A DNA stretch of 43,339 nt from Candidatus Uhrbacteria bacterium (lineage in GTDB: Bacteria > Patescibacteriota > Patescibacteriia > JACQSD01): positions 1-43,339 of the forward strand of contig JACQSD010000040.1 in assembly GCA_016206165.1 (NCBI GenBank). Direction: 5' to 3'. Position 1 is the stretch's first letter; each line of letters opens with the position of its first letter. A model generated the notes under the pieces. The model was given only the letters and a program-made list of their open reading frames with translations, did not search any database and had not been told where the DNA came from. Shown piece after piece: positions 7,431-16,300 of the stretch. The translations under genes and the position numbers were made by a program.

Positions 7431-7459
7431 TTGACACGTAGCCTTTAACGGGGTACAGT
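7431..7459 (+). promoter_or_regulatory. Sigma-70-type promoter
   Basis: TTGACA-N17-TACAGT, upstream of the 7511 gene. Confidence 0.55.
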
Positions 7460-7510
7460 GTTTTTTGTATACAGGATATTCCTTGGTCTTTCACAATGAT
7501 TGGAGTCGGT

Positions 7511-7747
7511 ATGGCCGACGAACCGTTTAATCGATCCGTGACGATTCGGAAAGAGGGACATACGTACATCTTTCGATTTAAGAAGGGAGACGAGATCGCG
7601 GTATTTTACAGGATGATGGAGATGGCGATAGACGATGAGTTTAACCTCACCGTACGGGATCTCGTGCATCTTACATCGAAAGCTCTGAAACAGGCGAAGC
7701 CAAATTTCGAGGTCGATCTGGACAAGCAGAAACACACACCATGGTGA
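7511..7747 (+). CDS. Hypothetical small protein (78 aa)
   Basis: GGAG lies 7 nt upstream of ATG 7511 (alternative ATG at 7496), and a promoter sits at 7431-7459. The stop overlaps the RBS of the next gene. I recognised no family. Confidence 0.5.
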   Translation: MADEPFNRSVTIRKEGHTYIFRFKKGDEIAVFYRMMEMAIDDEFNLTVRDLVHLTSKALKQAKPNFEVDLDKQKHTPW

Positions 7748-7760
7748 AGGGAGTCGGGTA

Positions 7761-8624
7761 ATGGAACAGGGACGTCGTGGGTGGGTGATCGGTACAGTGT
7801 GGGTTGTGGGTTTCCTTGCTGCGTTCTCCGTCATCTCCATCGTGGTGCTCGTCTCGGGAATTCGCTGGCGGACGAGTGTCGATCAACAGCTTGCGCAGAC
7901 GGGATCGACCGCGATGGGGGCGAACACGGAGAACGTGCAACTGCCGGTTGAGGAGCCGGTGATCAAGGAGTCCGGAGTGGCGGAGCAGCGAGAAGAGCAG
8001 CGTGCGGAGGAACCTGCTGCGCCGCCCGCGTGGCAGCCGAATGCGACGCTGCGGATTCGAGAGAACAAGCGGATCGTCGAGCAATGTATCCGACGACACG
8101 AAGAGCTTCGGACGCGTATTGAACAGGCGTACGCAGCGCTCGGCGGGTATCGCGATGGGGTCCGGTTCACGAATGAAACCGCCGAATCGCGTGCGGTGCT
8201 TCAATGGGGCGGGCGACTTGCATCGCAGACTGCGCTCATGCGCGTTGCGATCGACGATTCGATCGAGGATCTCCGCGCGCTTGCGGCGCACGAGGAGTAC
8301 CAGCAAAGCCGCCTCTCGTATCACGGAACGCTTGTTCTCGATCCTGTGCGGACAATCGATCCAGAACGCCTGCCACGAAATGTGCAGATTGTCTACGAGT
8401 GGTTTTCTCGGTACGCCAAAGCGCTTGGCGACGTCGAGCGCGAATGGCGAGAGGGATTGAATCCCACGTATACCGCACTTTCGAATATGCTCGAGGCGGA
8501 GGCCGAGCGAGCGCGCAATCGGCGTGATGATGTTCTCCGTTCGCCACCGGACGGCGGGAGCAGTGCGTCTGTCGGAGCGGAGGCTCCGCCCGGCGAAGCC
8601 GGGTCCGGCTCCGCCGGAAAATGA
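7761..8624 (+). CDS. Hypothetical membrane-anchored protein (287 aa)
   Basis: RBS GAAGGGAG. N-terminal TM helix (WVIGTVWVVGFLAAFSVISIVVLV), then a charged helical region and a Gly/Ser/Ala tail. A strong terminator follows. GC-rich island. Confidence 0.6.
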   Translation: MEQGRRGWVIGTVWVVGFLAAFSVISIVVLVSGIRWRTSVDQQLAQTGSTAMGANTENVQLPVEEPVIKESGVAEQREEQRAEEPAAPPAWQPNATLRIRENKRIVEQCIRRHEELRTRIEQAYAALGGYRDGVRFTNETAESRAVLQWGGRLASQTALMRVAIDDSIEDLRALAAHEEYQQSRLSYHGTLVLDPVRTIDPERLPRNVQIVYEWFSRYAKALGDVEREWREGLNPTYTALSNMLEAEAERARNRRDDVLRSPPDGGSSASVGAEAPPGEAGSGSAGK

Positions 8625-8648
8625 CGCCGCACCAACGGGGGATCAAAA

Positions 8649-8687
8649 GAGCCTGCTTCACGGGGGAGCAGGCTCTATTATTTTTTT
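8649..8687. terminator. Bidirectional intrinsic terminator
   Basis: GAGCCTGCT-TCACGGGGG-AGCAGGCTC is followed by a T run on the plus strand and TTTTGATC on the minus strand. Confidence 0.8.
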
Positions 8688-8688
8688 A

Positions 8689-8726
8689 CATCACCTGGAG
8701 ATGTAGATATACATCTCCAGGTGATG
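8689..8726. repeat. Family-B palindrome (perfect 16-bp arms)
   Basis: CATCACCTGGAGATGT, then AGATAT, then ACATCTCCAGGTGATG. It lies between a terminator and the ychF stop. Confidence 0.92.
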
Positions 8727-8728
8727 AT

Positions 8729-9790
8729 TTATACGGAGAATCTGAAATGCATCACGTCACCGTCTTTCACCACATACTCTTTTCCTTCAAGGCGCAATAA
8801 TCCTTTTTCGCGTGCGGCTGATTCACTCCCGCAATCGATGAGATCCTTCCAAAACATTGTTTCTGCACGAATAAATCCTTTTTCAAAATCAGTGTGAATG
8901 ACGCCGGCCGCCTGCGGCGCTTTTGTTCCCTCGACGATCGTCCACGCGCGCGTTTCCTCTGGGCCACTCGTGAAGTAGGTGATGAGATGGAGGAGCTCGT
9001 AGCTTTTTTTGATGAGGCGATCAAGCCCGCTTTCGTTCCAGCCCAGTTCTTTGAGATAGGTCGCCGCCTCCTCGGGCGCGAGTTCTGAAAGTTCTGCCTC
9101 AATTTTTGCAGAGATGACGACAGTATTCGTCTCCGAGCCCTGTTGAGGAGCTACCTTGCCCTCATCCACATTGAGCACCGTGAGCACCGGTTTCATTGTG
9201 AGGAGTTGGAATCCGCGGATGAGTGTTGTTTCTTCTTCATCGAGCGCGACTGTTGCTGCACGTTTTCCTTCACGGAGTGCTGCGAGCACTTTTTCAATCG
9301 CAGCGAATTCATTTTGTGCATCTTCTAAACCCGCTTTTGCTTTTCCACTGATCGCCTCGCGCCGTTTTTCCATTGTTGCGAGGTCAGCCATGATGAGCTC
9401 GAGCATGATGATCTCTGCATCGGATTCTGGATTGACGGCACCAGAGACATGGATAATGTCTTTGTCGGTGAAGGCGCGGACGACGTGTGCGATTGCATCG
9501 CACTCGCGGATGTTTGCGAGGAATTTATTGCCAAGCCCCTCGCCTTTGTGTGCGCCTTGAACAAGTCCGGCGATATCAACAAATTCAATCGTCGCCGGAA
9601 TTATTTTTGCCGACTGCGAAACTTTTGCGAGCGCATCAAGGCGGTTATCCGGCACGGTGACGACGCCGACATTTGGGTCAATCGTGCAAAAGGGATAGTT
9701 CGCGATGTCCACCTGCTTTTTTGTCAGCGCCTTAAACAGCGTTGATTTTCCGACGTTGGGGAGTCCAACGATCGCGACGTGGAGAGACAT
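8729..9790 (-). CDS. ychF: Ribosome-binding ATPase YchF
   Basis: G1 motif VGLPNVGKSTLF, NYPFCTIDPNVG, and the C-terminal end EGKEYVVKDGDVMHFRF. Confidence 0.95.
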   Translation of the reverse strand: MSLHVAIVGLPNVGKSTLFKALTKKQVDIANYPFCTIDPNVGVVTVPDNRLDALAKVSQSAKIIPATIEFVDIAGLVQGAHKGEGLGNKFLANIRECDAIAHVVRAFTDKDIIHVSGAVNPESDAEIIMLELIMADLATMEKRREAISGKAKAGLEDAQNEFAAIEKVLAALREGKRAATVALDEEETTLIRGFQLLTMKPVLTVLNVDEGKVAPQQGSETNTVVISAKIEAELSELAPEEAATYLKELGWNESGLDRLIKKSYELLHLITYFTSGPEETRAWTIVEGTKAPQAAGVIHTDFEKGFIRAETMFWKDLIDCGSESAAREKGLLRLEGKEYVVKDGDVMHFRFSV

Positions 9791-9838
9791 ACATATAACA
9801 CCTGACAGCTGGCATCAAACATGTGACCAATCGGTCAA

Positions 9839-9859
9839 GTGTCATGTGTCACGTGTCAA
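9839..9859. repeat. Tandem heptamer GTGTCAN x3 upstream of ychF
   Basis: GTGTCAT GTGTCAC GTGTCAA. In the ychF sense orientation this reads TTGACAC GTGACAC ATGACAC. Confidence 0.85.
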
Positions 9860-9883
9860 ATGTCGTCTATCCTACCACGCCCC

Positions 9884-9912
9884 TTGTCTTTTTTCAATGC
9901 GCGTGATATTGT
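9884..9912 (+). promoter_or_regulatory. Putative promoter
   Basis: TTGTCT-N17-TATTGT, upstream of the 9961 gene. Confidence 0.35.
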
Positions 9913-9960
9913 TTTGCGAGACAAACACCAGATCGAACACAAACCACACGGAGGAGAGTC

Positions 9961-10506
9961 ATGAGCAGGAAGATCGCGGAGCGGTATGTAAAGGTGACGA
10001 TGCGGCATGCAGTGCTTGCGCGTGCGATCGGCATGCACGGGGAGCAACTGATCGCAGAGGCAACGTATTGCCGGTTTGAGCAAGGGGATGTGCAGGCGGA
10101 TGGCAAGGTGTTCGCACGGCTCATTCCGAAAGGGGAACATGTGCCGTCCGAGGAGGATATTCGGACGCTCTTTCCTGGTTTAATTCTGGTGGAGTATGTA
10201 GGGTGCACGCGCCCCGCGTTCTACGAATCGCGCGTGGCTCCACGTGTGGAAATCGGGTTCCGTGGGCTCAAGGACACTACACCAGTCATTCCACAGGAAC
10301 TCGTCAAGGAGTGTGCCCGGATAGGGTGGGAAGCCAGGGTGGACCACAGCCCTCAGGTAGGAAACATCGTCCTGCTCGTCCCGCAGCGCTACGGCTTCGT
10401 TGACGAGGCTCCTCGTCGCGCGGTCATCGTGGATGCGTATTTAGGCATCGGACTGGAAGTGACCACGTTCTACAAGGAATGCGGTCTCGAGTCGGCCTTT
10501 TCTTAG
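9961..10506 (+). CDS. Hypothetical protein (181 aa)
   Basis: RBS GGAGGAG is followed by the spacer AGTC and then the ATG. A terminator lies at 10532-10566. I recognised no family. GC-rich island. Confidence 0.6.
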   Translation: MSRKIAERYVKVTMRHAVLARAIGMHGEQLIAEATYCRFEQGDVQADGKVFARLIPKGEHVPSEEDIRTLFPGLILVEYVGCTRPAFYESRVAPRVEIGFRGLKDTTPVIPQELVKECARIGWEARVDHSPQVGNIVLLVPQRYGFVDEAPRRAVIVDAYLGIGLEVTTFYKECGLESAFS

Positions 10507-10531
10507 GTAGTCCTGCCGAAACGGCAGGAAC

Positions 10532-10566
10532 AGGCGTGCATTGGGGGATGCACGCCTTGTCTTTTT
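10532..10566 (+). terminator. Intrinsic terminator of the 9961 gene
   Basis: AGGCGTGCAT-TGGGGG-ATGCACGCCT followed by TGTCTTTTT. Confidence 0.8.
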
Positions 10567-10577
10567 AATAAATTGAA

Positions 10578-10624
10578 AAGCCAGTGGAAGGTCCCGCGCG
10601 TTGGCGGACCACTCCACTGGCTTT
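10578..10624 (-). terminator. Hairpin terminator of the 82-aa membrane-protein gene
   Basis: AGCCAGTGGA...TCCACTGGCT, with an inner GGTCC...GGACC. Confidence 0.6.
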
Positions 10625-10639
10625 CGAGAGAAGGCAGTG

Positions 10640-10888
10640 TTACACCTTCTGTGTTCCATTGTCCTGTGGCCGCGGCTGGTTGATCACCCAGAGCATCCAC
10701 ATGAACCCCACGACCGTGACCACGATCGTAAAGTAAATGATGGGTTGAACCAGGGGGTGCGGTTCCACGATGTGGAAATACGCAAGGGTATCCCACACCA
10801 TGGCAGGAATCCCCAGGATCCCGACCAGCATCATGGTTAGGAACATTCCCATGATGCACGCTCTACTCAACAAAATTTTCCGCATCAT
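10640..10888 (-). CDS. Hypothetical small membrane protein (82 aa)
   Basis: RBS GGAGGA. Two to three hydrophobic helices. It has its own TTGACG-N17-TATAGT promoter and a hairpin terminator. Confidence 0.55.
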   Translation of the reverse strand: MMRKILLSRACIMGMFLTMMLVGILGIPAMVWDTLAYFHIVEPHPLVQPIIYFTIVVTVVGFMWMLWVINQPRPQDNGTQKV

Positions 10889-10932
10889 TCCTCCGGTTTT
10901 GAAAGCATCGAGACGGTTCTCGATGACCAGTG

Positions 10933-10961
10933 ACTATACTGTTTTTCTGGCCCCACGTCAA
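10933..10961 (-). promoter_or_regulatory. Sigma-70-type promoter
   Basis: On the minus strand: TTGACG-N17-TATAGT, upstream of the 10888 start. Confidence 0.55.
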
Positions 10962-10988
10962 GTGTCGATGTCAAGTATTTCCGTGTTA

Positions 10989-11017
10989 TTGCTTAAAATA
11001 AGGTACTCTGCTATGGT
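10989..11017 (+). promoter_or_regulatory. Sigma-70-type promoter
   Basis: TTGCTT-N17-TATGGT, upstream of the 55-aa ORF. Confidence 0.45.
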
Positions 11018-11050
11018 TATACGAACTTAATCTCAACAGCATTGATTTTT

Positions 11051-11218
11051 ATGCCACATAAGCCACGACTCGCAAAAAGTGTCCGCGTGTATCTGCGCCG
11101 GGAAAAGGCGCGGATTCGTGTTGCCGTATCTGACGAGAAGGAGCAGGAACAGAAGATTGAGGAGTTGATGAGGAAGTTTTTAGTAGATCCTTCGACTCGC
11201 TCTGCTCGCTCAGGATGA
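11051..11218 (+). CDS. Hypothetical small basic protein (55 aa, below the ORF-track cutoff)
   Basis: My own translation: MPHKPRLAKSVRVYLRREKARIRVAVSDEKEQEQKIEELMRKFLVDPSTRSARSG. It is preceded by a TTGCTT-N17-TATGGT promoter and followed by a hairpin terminator. Confidence 0.4.
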   Translation: MPHKPRLAKSVRVYLRREKARIRVAVSDEKEQEQKIEELMRKFLVDPSTRSARSG

Positions 11219-11256
11219 CATGGGATACTTCTCGACAATGCTCGAAGAATAAATTC

Positions 11257-11303
11257 GAGGCTCGCCCAGCATGTGCCAGGCGAGCCTCTTCGTATCTTTG
11301 TTT
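11257..11303. terminator. Bidirectional hairpin terminator
   Basis: GAGGCTCGCC-loop-GGCGAGCCTC followed by TTCGTATCTTTGTTT. Confidence 0.65.
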
Positions 11304-11830
11304 CACGCGTCGCGTGGGACGCGTGGGAGCCCCGTATTCGGAAAAACGAGGATGATGCGCCGCCGGTATTCCTCCCCCGTTTTCTCGTCGATCTGCTTGC
11401 TCGAGTGGAAGCAGCGGTACCCCTGCTTGGAAAGTGGGGTGCCACTGCCGTCGGCAGGGAGCTCGAAGAGCGTGTGTGCGTAGGCGCCTGGTTCGCACGA
11501 GCCCATCCCTTCCACTGGCACACTGAAGAGCCGCTTGCCGTTACGGAAGACGATGACCTTCCCATGGTCATCGAATTCGCAGTGATCCGGATTGACCGTC
11601 CATACCCCGACGATATTCTTGTCAGGGTAGTTGAGTCTGATGCGCACGTCGCCTCCAGCGAGCACGGCCTGGATCACCTCGTGTGCCGATGGATGTGCGA
11701 TCGTCGTGCCCCCCATTCCTGGCCGCAGGAAGTACGGGAGCGCGACAGGTGCAGGGGTCTCCGCCGCCTCCCTCGGGGTCATGCGGAGCAATCCCCGAAT
11801 GAAACTTAACGAGAATTTTCCGTCGGACAT
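11303..11830 (-). CDS. Hypothetical protein (175 aa)
   Basis: GGAGGAAATAGAC precedes ATG 11830 (MSDGKFSLSF); the ORF track extends to 11956. I recognised no family. GC-rich island. Confidence 0.55.
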   Translation of the reverse strand: MSDGKFSLSFIRGLLRMTPREAAETPAPVALPYFLRPGMGGTTIAHPSAHEVIQAVLAGGDVRIRLNYPDKNIVGVWTVNPDHCEFDDHGKVIVFRNGKRLFSVPVEGMGSCEPGAYAHTLFELPADGSGTPLSKQGYRCFHSSKQIDEKTGEEYRRRIILVFPNTGLPRVPRDA

Positions 11831-11937
11831 GTCTATTTCCTCCATGGGGTTCGTGTTGGTTGAAGACCTATCCGTTTGTCTCCATCTCTCGCCTACGCTA
11901 TCATGAAAGACTATCGGAGTCAAGGCATCGTCTTTGT

Positions 11938-11995
11938 AGCATGTAACACGCAACATGTAACAGGTGTTACAGGTTACAGGTTATATGTTGCATGA
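11938..11995. repeat. GTAACA/TGTTAC/GTTACAGG word palindrome upstream of xseA
   Basis: TAGCATGTAACACGCAACATGTAACAGGTGTTACAGGTTACAGGTTATATGTTGCATG. Confidence 0.8.
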
Positions 11996-13146
11996 CTATG
12001 GATCAAAAGATTCTTACGGTTTCCGAATTCACACATGCGGTGAGTGACTACCTCGAGCAAGGGCTTGGGGTGGTGGCGATCCAAGGCGAGGTTGTGGATT
12101 TTCGTGTCGCTAAAGAAAAGCTCGTCTACTTTACATTGAAAGATGCGACTGCACAGGTGCTTTGCTTTATGATGGTGTGGGATTTGCACCAGCCGCTCGA
12201 GGACGGCATGGAGGTGAAGGTAACAGGCACGCCAAAACTTTTCACATCGCGGGGGCAATTTCATGTACGCGTCATGGAAGTGGAGCTCGTCGGTGCCGGC
12301 GCACTGCAACGTGCGTTTCAAATATTAAAAACAAAATTGGAGAAGGAAGGCCTCTTCGCGCCAGAACGAAAGCGCGCATTGCCGCGATTCCCGCGAGTCA
12401 TTGGACTCGTCACGTCGGAAGACGCAGCGGCGTATACCGATGTCCTTCGGATTTTGAATAATCGCTGGCAGGGACTCGAGATTATTCTCGCGCATGTGCC
12501 CGTGCAGGGCGTCGGTGCGATTTCGGAAATCGTTGCAGCGATCAAATGGTTTAGTCAGCTCCCAACTTACGGAGACCCGTTCTCTGTAATCCGGAGAACG
12601 GGTCTCGTATATCGGCCAGATGTGGTGATCGTGACGCGTGGGGGCGGATCACTCGAAGATCTCCAGGCATTTAACGCGGAAGAAGTCGCGCGAGCTATTT
12701 TTGCTTCCACGGTTCCAGTGGTTGTCGGTGTTGGACATGAGCGCGACGTCACACTTGCGGATCTTGTGGCCGACGTCCGTGCGGCGACGCCCTCGAACGC
12801 AGCAGAGTTGGTGGTTCCGGATAGACGTGATATTCTGTATCAAATCGACACGATGGTTGATACCATCGAAGATGCAATCACCGGATCGATTCGCGAACGG
12901 AGTAATACGCTTGTCACTGCACTCACGCGTGGTGCTCATCAATGGATCGAGCGATTTCGGAGCCGTCTCGAGCATGCCACGCAACTTTTGAACGTGCTCT
13001 CACCAAAAGCAGTCCTCGCCCGCGGGTATTCGATCACGATGTTTCAAGGAAAAACACTTCGCGCGGTCAAAAACATACATGCAGGCGATCACGTGAAAAC
13101 AACATTGGCAGACGGGGAGTTTAAGGCGGTGGTCGATACTATCTAA
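11992..13146 (+). CDS. xseA: Exodeoxyribonuclease VII large subunit
   Basis: N-terminal OB fold (ILTVSEFTHAVSDYLE...VAIQGEVVDFRV) and the core VTRGGGSLEDL. Confidence 0.93.
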   Translation: MTMDQKILTVSEFTHAVSDYLEQGLGVVAIQGEVVDFRVAKEKLVYFTLKDATAQVLCFMMVWDLHQPLEDGMEVKVTGTPKLFTSRGQFHVRVMEVELVGAGALQRAFQILKTKLEKEGLFAPERKRALPRFPRVIGLVTSEDAAAYTDVLRILNNRWQGLEIILAHVPVQGVGAISEIVAAIKWFSQLPTYGDPFSVIRRTGLVYRPDVVIVTRGGGSLEDLQAFNAEEVARAIFASTVPVVVGVGHERDVTLADLVADVRAATPSNAAELVVPDRRDILYQIDTMVDTIEDAITGSIRERSNTLVTALTRGAHQWIERFRSRLEHATQLLNVLSPKAVLARGYSITMFQGKTLRAVKNIHAGDHVKTTLADGEFKAVVDTI

Positions 13147-13150
13147 AAAT

Positions 13151-13185
13151 TCCCTCTCCTCGTAGGAGAGGGTTAGGGTGAGGTT
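13151..13185. repeat. Family-A element (inner hairpin plus right arm)
   Basis: TCCCTCTCCTCGTAGGAGAGGGTTAGGGTGAGGTT, directly after the xseA stop. Confidence 0.9.
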
Positions 13186-13200
13186 GTTCGTTGGATTGGA

Positions 13201-13240
13201 AACCTCACCTCAATCCTCTCCTAAAAGGAGAGGAGGGTGA
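13201..13240. repeat. Family-A element (left arm plus inner hairpin) supplying the xseB RBS
   Basis: AACCTCACCTCAATCCTCTCCTAAAAGGAGAGGAGGGTGA. Its left arm also pairs with the right arm of the copy at 13151-13185. Confidence 0.9.
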
Positions 13241-13242
13241 TT

Positions 13243-13455
13243 ATGAAAAAACAAAAACAATCATTTCAATCCGCATTTGAGGAGCTCGAAAAAATAACGG
13301 CTTCTTTTGAAGCTGGTGATATTGATCTTGATAAGGGGTTGAAAGAGTTCGAGCGCGGTCTCGAACTCGCGGTATTTTTGAAGAAACAACTCGCTGAGGT
13401 AGGGAATAAGGTAAACATCATCAAGCAGAAGTTTTCGGATACAAAGGGGGAATAG
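13243..13455 (+). CDS. xseB: Exodeoxyribonuclease VII small subunit
   Basis: SFQSAFEELEKITASFEAGDIDLDKGLKEFERGLEL. ATG 13243 lies 8 nt after the AAGGAGAGGA supplied by a family-A repeat. The ORF track uses GTG 13237. Confidence 0.85.
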   Translation: MKKQKQSFQSAFEELEKITASFEAGDIDLDKGLKEFERGLELAVFLKKQLAEVGNKVNIIKQKFSDTKGE

Positions 13456-13510
13456 GATATTGAGAGATTGGGATACTAAAATAAAAAAATATCCCAGTAT
13501 CACAGTATCC
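13455..13510. repeat. GGGATACT/ATCCCAGTAT word hairpin between xseB and murI
   Basis: GGATATTGAGAGATTGGGAT pairs with ATCCCAGTATCACAGTATCC (16 of 20). The same CCCAGTAT word is tandemly repeated inside the methyltransferase CDS at 6428-6450. Confidence 0.8.
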
Positions 13511-13550
13511 TGCTGCCGTCGTTGAGGAATTTTTTAATTTCTAGCGATCT

Positions 13551-14393
13551 ATGATCGGCATTTTTGATTCCGGATTTGGTGGCCTTACGGTTTTTAAACA
13601 TATTGCGGCGAAACTTCCGCAGTATGATTATATTTATCTTGGCGATAATGCACGGGCGCCGTACGGCAATCGATCACCGGAGACGATCTATCAATTTACG
13701 GTGGAAGCTGTTGATTGGCTTTTTAAACAAGGTTGCGAGCTCGTCGTCCTCGCATGTAATACCGCATCAGCAGAAGCTCTTCGAAAGATTCAACAGGAAT
13801 GGCTTCCTCAATACAAAGATCCCTCTCCTCATAGGAGAGGGGAGGGTGAGGTTTTGCGTCATCGTCGTGTCCTCGGCGTCATTCGTCCAATCGCGGAAGC
13901 GGCGGTTGCAGTGACAACGGGGCGCGTGGGAGTTGTCGGAACTCGTGCGACGATTGCATCACACGCGTATGAACGTGAATTGAAAAAGCTGAACCCCGAC
14001 GTGACCGTGTTTGAAACCGCATGTCCGTTGCTTGTGCCATTGATAGAAGAAGGCTGGGCAAAAAAATCGGAAACAAAACGGATTCTTCGGACGTATCTCC
14101 ATCCGCTCCGATTGAAGCAGCTCGATACGCTCATTCTCGGCTGTACGCACTACCCGATTTTGCTGAACGAGTTTGTGGCGAAGATGGGGAAGCAATGCAA
14201 AGTTTTAGATCCCGGGCCAATCGTTGCGGCGAGTTTGGCGGATTATCTTTCGCGACACCCTGAGATTGAAAATAAACTCACAAAGAAGGGGAATACCCGA
14301 TTCTGTACCACTGATACTTCGCAGCGTTTCAATGAACTTGGGAGTCAGTTTTTTGGAAAGTCGATTCAGGCGAAACGAGTACAGATATCCTGA
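13551..14393 (+). CDS. murI: Glutamate racemase
   Basis: IGIFDSGFGGLTV, plus the catalytic Cys motifs LACNTAS and GCTHYP. An in-frame family-A repeat gives DPSPHRRGEGEVLRH. Confidence 0.95.
   Translation: MIGIFDSGFGGLTVFKHIAAKLPQYDYIYLGDNARAPYGNRSPETIYQFTVEAVDWLFKQGCELVVLACNTASAEALRKIQQEWLPQYKDPSPHRRGEGEVLRHRRVLGVIRPIAEAAVAVTTGRVGVVGTRATIASHAYERELKKLNPDVTVFETACPLLVPLIEEGWAKKSETKRILRTYLHPLRLKQLDTLILGCTHYPILLNEFVAKMGKQCKVLDPGPIVAASLADYLSRHPEIENKLTKKGNTRFCTTDTSQRFNELGSQFFGKSIQAKRVQIS
13821..13853. repeat. Family-A element, in frame in murI
   Basis: CCCTCTCCTCATAGGAGAGGGGAGGGTGAGGTT, translated PSPHRRGEGEV. Confidence 0.9.
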
Positions 14394-14430
14394 ACCTCAC
14401 CCCGCCTCTTCTATGAGGAGAGGAGCGAGC
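14393..14430. repeat. Family-A element (degenerate) abutting the murI stop
   Basis: AACCTCACCCCGCCTCTTCTATGAGGAGAGGAGCGAGCG. Confidence 0.8.
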
Positions 14431-14455
14431 GATGAGATTGTTGCAGAAATTAAAG

Positions 14456-14498
14456 AGACCCGTCCAGCAGTTGCCAGACGGGCCCCATTTTTTTTAAT
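14456..14498. terminator. Terminator between the convergent murI and zinc-ribbon genes
   Basis: GACCCGTC...GACGGGCC followed by CCATTTTTTTT. Confidence 0.7.
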
Positions 14499-14512
14499 TC
14501 TTCCTCCTTCGA

Positions 14513-16111
14513 TCATGTGTGACCATTTGCGGCCACGATTCGTCGTACCCAATACGCGATCTCCCTATTAAATTGGCTACCAACATCACGTGGGTTGCGC
14601 CGGGGATCTTCCCGCGCAATGACCTTCTTTCGCTCAACACGTACTGCGAGTAGCCACTTCCTCTGGTCGGTAGTGAGCCCGGGGTATTGACGGCTGATCT
14701 GGTTTGCGAGCCAGACTCCCCCCTCTCCCGACGTGCTTTCACGTCGTGCTGGCAGCGGGATTGTATCGAGTGGATGTGCTTGTTGTTCCGGTTCCGCCAC
14801 TGGCTCTGGTTCGGGGATTGGTTCCGGTGCCGGAGTCGGTGTTGGCTCGGGGATTGATTCCGGCTCTGGTTCAGGTATCTGGGACTCTGCGAGACGCGCG
14901 GCTTCTTCTCTCGCTGCGGCTTCTTGCGCTTCAGCTTCGGCGCGTGCGGCCTCTTCTGCTCTTTGTGTTGCTGCGCGCGCCTCTGCTTCTGCCTGCTCTG
15001 TTGCAATTCGTTCGGCCTCTTCACGTGCGGCTTGTCGGGCCGCTTCTGCTGCGCGCGCTTCTTCGCGTGCAGTTGCATCAGCCTTCATCACCTTGAGCAG
15101 ATCGATGAAGAGCACTCTCCATGCATCACCATCCGTGAAATTAACTTCGGCGCCAAGCCCCTTCCAAATGTCCCAGCCATGACGCGCGTACTTCGTTGCA
15201 TCCGTTCCCTCGGGGAGTATCTGTGTCCGTGCTTGGACAAGATACTCCTTTCGCCAATGCGGGAAGACGCGCTCCATGAGCACGTTCACTGGTGAGCACT
15301 GTTGGTGTTCTGCTTCCTGGCAGATGCGAAGGATGTTCGCCTCCCACTTGTCGAGCGTTACCTTGAGCATAAGGAATACGGCATGGATCTGTCGTATCGT
15401 CGGCCCGACGTCGCTCTGCGGAACGAACCCCCGTACAATCACACAGTACGGGCAGGTTGTGTCGCTCCTATTCTTCGGTCGGAACTGGATGAATGAGCAG
15501 GCCTCACAGGTCTGCAGCACTCCCATAGTACCCATTGGTTCCTCCCCAGCCGTCGGCCGCTCGTCGCCATCTGGTTCAGCCGGTGCGCCAGGGGAGTCCG
15601 ACTCCTCGGGCGCGGAGTCAGATTCTTGACATGTCGATTCCTCCTTGAATGAGATGAAGGTGAGTCTTGTCCTTCGCCGACCACCGGCGGCAAGACGTTC
15701 GCGTTCGGCGGCAAGCATCGTTGGGAGCTCTCGCGCGAAACGCTCTTTCGCATTTGCGAACGCTTCTTCCTCGGTCGCGAACATGTCGCCCTCAAGCATC
15801 TCCTCGTCTCCGGGCTCCTCCTCTTCGCGTGGATCGAGGGTGACGCCACTTTCATCAATCTCCGGCCACTCGGTTTCGTTGTTCGCACTCTTTTGCACTC
15901 GCGCGAGCGCATCGGAGCAGAGTGTCATGTACCGTTGGAAGATGTCGACGAGCATCGTGAAGATGAGCGCGAGGTCCTCCGGTGGGAGGTGACGGTTTTT
16001 GAAAAGAAACCATCGCATCTTCATGGTACAGCGGCGACAAAAACGGTCATCGCCGAAATGCATACCGCGCGGAGACTCGCGGCAGTACGCACAGCATTGC
16101 TGTTTCGCCAT
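14513..16111 (-). CDS. Hypothetical double zinc-ribbon protein with an E/A-rich single helix and a PEP-rich linker (532 aa)
   Basis: RBS GAGGAGG lies 6 nt before ATG 16111 (MAKQQCCAYC...CRRC). A second CxxC-x14-CxxC is present (CEACSFIQFRPKNRSDTTCPYC). It also has an AREEARAAEAARQAAREEAE helix and a PEPEPESIPEPTPTPAPEPIPEPEP linker. The ORF continues upstream to 17164, but only as antisense of the neighbouring gene. Confidence 0.55.
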   Translation of the reverse strand: MAKQQCCAYCRESPRGMHFGDDRFCRRCTMKMRWFLFKNRHLPPEDLALIFTMLVDIFQRYMTLCSDALARVQKSANNETEWPEIDESGVTLDPREEEEPGDEEMLEGDMFATEEEAFANAKERFARELPTMLAAERERLAAGGRRRTRLTFISFKEESTCQESDSAPEESDSPGAPAEPDGDERPTAGEEPMGTMGVLQTCEACSFIQFRPKNRSDTTCPYCVIVRGFVPQSDVGPTIRQIHAVFLMLKVTLDKWEANILRICQEAEHQQCSPVNVLMERVFPHWRKEYLVQARTQILPEGTDATKYARHGWDIWKGLGAEVNFTDGDAWRVLFIDLLKVMKADATAREEARAAEAARQAAREEAERIATEQAEAEARAATQRAEEAARAEAEAQEAAAREEAARLAESQIPEPEPESIPEPTPTPAPEPIPEPEPVAEPEQQAHPLDTIPLPARRESTSGEGGVWLANQISRQYPGLTTDQRKWLLAVRVERKKVIAREDPRRNPRDVGSQFNREIAYWVRRIVAANGHT

Positions 16112-16178
16112 GGCGAGCCTCCTCTCGGGTTTTGTGGATGACATTGTCAACGTCCAATACGTCCAATACAATTGCTGT

Positions 16179-16207
16179 AGTGTACGGTGTTCTTGTCGAC
16201 GTCGCAA
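16179..16207 (-). promoter_or_regulatory. Sigma-70-type promoter (divergent pair, leftward)
   Basis: On the minus strand: TTGCGA-N17-TACACT. The 5' UTR contains the tandem repeat GTCCAATAC x2 (16152-16169). Confidence 0.45.
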
Positions 16208-16217
16208 TGGTGAGTTA

Positions 16218-16246
16218 TTGACACCCCATTGCTTTCTCGCTATTCT
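16218..16246 (+). promoter_or_regulatory. Sigma-70-type promoter (divergent pair, rightward)
   Basis: TTGACA-N17-TATTCT, upstream of the 16301 gene. Confidence 0.55.
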
Positions 16247-16300
16247 CACTCCTGTTCCCTCTGGATTGGCTGGGGGGATTTTAATGGAGGAGCAGGGACA